Source: Tubiluchus corallicola (lineage: Eukaryota; Animalia; Priapulida). From it: DNA of 64,000 bases. Positions 60,458 through 64,000 of the stretch are shown piece by piece (within the stretch, counting starts at the first letter, position 1; every line of letters starts with the position of its first letter). Below the pieces are notes generated by a model. It was not told where the DNA came from. It did not search any database and worked only from the letters and a program-made list of their open reading frames with translations. The stretch spans positions 496,001 to 560,000 of the forward strand of contig JAQGDQ010002369.1 of the NCBI GenBank assembly GCA_030141605.1, given 5' to 3'. Position numbers and translations under genes: made by a program.

Positions 60458-60545
60458 CACACTCCATAGTAGATTGCCAGACGGGCCGTACAATAGGCCA
60501 TGAGCCCAACAACAGCACAATAGGCTGTACGTTTGAGAGCCGTGG

Positions 60546-62240
60546 TCATTGATTCAGAGTAAAAGGAATAGCATTTTTAAAAAGCTCTGCTGATTGTGTG
60601 TGACCCTGTTGGATGGCTGTTTCGTGAATCGCTCGTATTTCATCTTGTGCAAGAAAGGAAAAATTACGATGAGTGATCAATCGCTCTATAGCAGATGGAT
60701 CGTCAAGGCATGCTAGCAGGGCTTGTTTCATATCTTTTTCAAATATAATGCATCCTGCTAGAGCTTCTTTATGATTATTGCGCGCTGCAATCTCTACAAT
60801 CAGAGCTTTATGACGATTAGAGAATGCTGCTATATCTGCAAGTTTTTGAAAGAGCCTGGGATGCCTATGTGCTCCTTCACAGCAAAGAATTTGTCTTAAA
60901 TGCTCAGTTGTAATTCCTTCACGATAAAAGTGATAGTATCTTTTAGCTATATCTAGAAGTTCTACTTTTTGATCTTCGGTAAAATCGGAGCTATTAAATG
61001 CATCGCAGAGCATTTGATTGTATTCATCTACAGTGAAGCTATGTGTGTCTTTAAGCATATTTGTGTAACCATGCTGAACTGCTGATTGTAAAATCAATGA
61101 TCCATCACCATGATATCTTTCTTTTAGAGCAGCGATCAGAGATGGTATCCTATCTCCAGCTCCATTGATCATTTCAAGCAGGAAAGGAAGAGAAAGATTC
61201 TGAAATCCTGGGAGATGTTTGATCAGGGCCTCAAGAAGTGTGAAGGAGCCTCGATCTTTAGCTTCTCTCACTATGGTATACAAATGTTCAAGAGGGATTT
61301 GCTGGAATATATCGCTTTTAATAAATCTCTCTAAAGCTTCAGGATTGAAATAGTCAATGCATTTCAACGCAATTAGATATATATTCTGCATGTCGAGATG
61401 GATATTGTGCTCTTTAGCATATTCGATGACTATAGGTATTACGTCGGTATTCCCCTCTCCTAATAATGTAGCTATTGTTCCTCTGAAAAAACTTGGAACT
61501 ATGTCATGATCTCCATCAGATCCATACCCATCTTCTTCTGCTTTCTGGTGCACCTTTACATACATTTCTGCAATATCAAAGTGTCCCTTACTAGTAGCTC
61601 TCATAAAAAGAACAGGGATATGTCCCGGATGTATTGCATGAAGGTATTTGAGAGCCTCAATAGGAATACCCGGAAGTGCTTCAAAACCATCAGCGTCTCC
61701 CATATGATGAATCTGGCGAAGCTCATTTTGATGTGTTCGCATCCATTCTCTGATTAGAGGGGCTTGTTCAAGAGGAGGAAGGTGATCGATCGTAGTTAAA
61801 AATGTCGCAGCCTCGGGTACCTGGGCAGAAAAATGGGTTAAAAAGGCGATCAGGATTTCAGCTCGTCGAAGCCTGATTGCTTGATTCATCCGATTGACCG
61901 TAGAAGTAGGACTTTGTGCAGATTGAAAGGACTCCATAGTCAATGGGAGTCGCAAATGATCTGGAAGTTGAGACGCAGAAAAGCGGAATAAGTATTTTGC
62001 TCGGTCAACAATTTCTTTTACCTTTTCACAATTCGAAAGGGGTTTTTTGTTTACTTTGGCATAAAGCCTGTACACAACGGAATCTTTGGAAAATTTGGCA
62101 AACTGCTGGAGTATGTCGTGGTAATAACGGGAATGATCCCTTAGCTCTTTACAGATTTTGTGTGGAGGTTTTCCTGAAAATCCTGCTGTGTGATCCCATA
62201 ATTCAGGGGGCAAGTGAGGGCACATTGTCGTTGTTGCCAT
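60546..62240 (-). CDS. F-box-like N-terminus + ankyrin-like repeat protein (putative effector)
   Basis: F-box-like LPPELW...ICKELR and ankyrin-like helices ATSKGHFDIA, AARNNHKEA and AIQQGHTQSA. Confidence 0.65.
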   Translation of the reverse strand: MATTTMCPHLPPELWDHTAGFSGKPPHKICKELRDHSRYYHDILQQFAKFSKDSVVYRLYAKVNKKPLSNCEKVKEIVDRAKYLFRFSASQLPDHLRLPLTMESFQSAQSPTSTVNRMNQAIRLRRAEILIAFLTHFSAQVPEAATFLTTIDHLPPLEQAPLIREWMRTHQNELRQIHHMGDADGFEALPGIPIEALKYLHAIHPGHIPVLFMRATSKGHFDIAEMYVKVHQKAEEDGYGSDGDHDIVPSFFRGTIATLLGEGNTDVIPIVIEYAKEHNIHLDMQNIYLIALKCIDYFNPEALERFIKSDIFQQIPLEHLYTIVREAKDRGSFTLLEALIKHLPGFQNLSLPFLLEMINGAGDRIPSLIAALKERYHGDGSLILQSAVQHGYTNMLKDTHSFTVDEYNQMLCDAFNSSDFTEDQKVELLDIAKRYYHFYREGITTEHLRQILCCEGAHRHPRLFQKLADIAAFSNRHKALIVEIAARNNHKEALAGCIIFEKDMKQALLACLDDPSAIERLITHRNFSFLAQDEIRAIHETAIQQGHTQSAELFKNAIPFTLNQ

Positions 62241-62457
62241 ATAACTGCCTTTTATTAAATTAATTAAGGGTATTATATCAAAACTATATTAAGAAAATTT
62301 TAATTTAACTTTTTTTAAAATTAATTAGTTGCGTTTTTGTTTGGGGGTGATTTTCGTGGAAGAATAAGGCGCTGATTATGAAGAGCTTAATGTTAATGAA
62401 GGACATTGCCTTCAAGCAGGGTATTCAGAATATAGCATTGGTCGGAGCATATCCGGT

Positions 62458-63426
62458 TTAGCGAACAGGTCTTTCTCCGGCTACTATTTCATAGGCAATT
62501 TTACCCATAATTTTCATTGTAAATTCAGTTGCAAGGCGATCTTTGATCCGTTTCGCATTCTCAGGTAATACAAAATCCATTCCATAATTGTTTTCATCTC
62601 TAAATTCGAAGTAAAAAACATCAATAAGCGCTTGATCGACTATTTTTCTTACTATAGATGCTTGTGCCCTTATCCCTACCATGTTTCCCAGCGACTGAAA
62701 GAAGTACTTTGCCAGTCTGTTCGTTCTTTGACAGCATCCATTTGATTGAAGGGAAGGAATATCGATAGCTCTGCATTTATTCGTGAAATCAAAACCTAAG
62801 AACCGAACTTGATATTGACCATCGTGTTCAATTACGGCGAAATTAATGGAATCACCAGTTACAGGGATCTCATGAAGAACAAGTTTGGCAACATCATCAA
62901 GAAGAGCCTGGCAAACAGTTCTCCAGGAATTAGGATCACAAGCTTCAGCAGGGCTTCCGAAGAATTTTTTTCTCCAGGTTGTGCTTTTATCATTTTTCGT
63001 ATCGATCACATAGATTCCTTTTTCTGCCAATGAGGGAAAGCTTTCAGCAAGATAAGCCGGAACCATTTCATTGTCAGAAGGACAAACATATACCTTCCGC
63101 ATCCCCAGAGAGAGAAGTCCTGCTCTCATCAGAGTTTTAGACATTTGAACCTCTTCATCAACAACTCTCCCCCAATATGATGCAATCTTTGAAGTTATTC
63201 CCGATAGCTCCTGGCATGTGTCCATATTGGGAAGTATGAGGGCCATTCCACTCCTTTCGCATTGATACGCAGTCTTTGAACAACCGCTTCCCATGCGAAC
63301 AAGAGATTCTTCAGTACGGTCTCCTCCTCCTTCTTTAATTAAAACTGTTCGAGGATTCTCCCTAAGAGTCTTTTCAAGACTTTCATAAGGGGAAGAGTCG
63401 ACCCGGCTGGCTATAGCTGTTGCCAT
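62458..63426 (-). CDS. Divergent protein-kinase-fold protein (putative effector)
   Basis: Gly loop GSGCSKTAY, alphaC-like EE, catalytic-loop-like GDSIN and DFG-like DFT, in kinase order. Confidence 0.55.
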   Translation of the reverse strand: MATAIASRVDSSPYESLEKTLRENPRTVLIKEGGGDRTEESLVRMGSGCSKTAYQCERSGMALILPNMDTCQELSGITSKIASYWGRVVDEEVQMSKTLMRAGLLSLGMRKVYVCPSDNEMVPAYLAESFPSLAEKGIYVIDTKNDKSTTWRKKFFGSPAEACDPNSWRTVCQALLDDVAKLVLHEIPVTGDSINFAVIEHDGQYQVRFLGFDFTNKCRAIDIPSLQSNGCCQRTNRLAKYFFQSLGNMVGIRAQASIVRKIVDQALIDVFYFEFRDENNYGMDFVLPENAKRIKDRLATEFTMKIMGKIAYEIVAGERPVR

Positions 63427-63585
63427 ACTTCATAACTCTAGTTTTGAAATTATAAAAGTAATTATAACGAATATTTATTTTGTTTTAATTAAGAAAAAAT
63501 TAAACAAAATAATTTGAATTCGAAATTCAGCGTCTTCTTTGCGAAGGACGGCCGTCCAGCTGCTGGAATATCTAAATGAAACAGT

Positions 63586-63999
63586 TTATTGATTCTCTTG
63601 GGACAGAAGAGATCGTGAGATCTTCAGACCACTATTTAAGAAAGGCTTAAGGTCATGAAACTCTATAGGGACCTTATAGCCTGGGAGCTTTTTGCGGAGG
63701 GCTTCTTGAATGGCCTCGGAATGAATATGTTTGGCATCGATATAGGCGATGGGGCGGTTGCCGAATTCAGAGTCTTCTTTAGGAAGAACGACAGCCTGGC
63801 TGATACCGGGGACCTCGAGGAGGGCAGTCTCGATTTCTTCAGGCTGAATGTTCTCTCCACCTGATATGAAGAGATTGTCTTTGCGGCCCAGGATTGTGTA
63901 ACCCTTTTCAGGGTGGAACTCTGCGAGATCACCTGTTGCAAACCAATCGTATTTTGTTTGGGTAGGAAAGTATCCCTGGAAAAGAGATGTACCGCGGAT
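63586..63999 (-). CDS. menE: O-succinylbenzoate-CoA ligase, C-terminal part (5' end outside window)
   Basis: Manual translation gives SLFQGY...WFATGDL...ILGRKDNLFISGGENIQPEEIE...EFGNRP...SGLKISR. Not in the ORF track because the start lies outside the window. Confidence 0.85.
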   Translation of the reverse strand: MRGTSLFQGYFPTQTKYDWFATGDLAEFHPEKGYTILGRKDNLFISGGENIQPEEIETALLEVPGISQAVVLPKEDSEFGNRPIAYIDAKHIHSEAIQEALRKKLPGYKVPIEFHDLKPFLNSGLKISRSLLSQENQ

Positions 64000-64000
64000 G

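Noticed and set aside
63655-63941. Short ORFs at the right edge
   Set aside because: They are off-frame or antisense readings of menE.

Overview
This window is chromosomal DNA from an environmental chlamydia (phylum Chlamydiota, probably Simkania/Rhabdochlamydia-like). The assignment rests on chlamydial marker genes and gene order: bamA-ompH-lpxD; recR divergent from fabH-fabD-fabG-acpP; lgt-ssb-pepA; spoIID-ruvB/dcd; two CBS/CNNM genes; iscS-PP2C; a CT253-like lipoprotein; glgX; an Slc1-like T3SS chaperone; dnaA-yidC; and a partial menE. Core genes are intact. Accessory material sits between them. (1) An insert between trxB and acpS holds a CE-clan (Ulp1/ChlaDUB-like) cysteine protease split at an A_AAA_AAG-TAA slippery heptamer, a MetK with an N-terminal signal-peptide-like extension, and a multiply disrupted ~1640-aa autotransporter. 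(2) A secreted serpin with an inhibitory-type hinge is coupled to PP2C and iscS. (3) Two tiny Cys-containing lipoproteins lie in tandem, one with a (PDK)7 repeat. (4) An effector-like cluster near the right end holds an F-box/ankyrin-like paralogue pair and a kinase-fold protein with WNK-like lysine placement. The SRP RNA (ffs) lies at about 36821-36923 (-), flanked by a 37-bp perfect palindrome and a ~167-bp palindromic element. No rRNA, tRNA, CRISPR array, transposase or integrase was seen. All family calls are by motif recognition, not database search.
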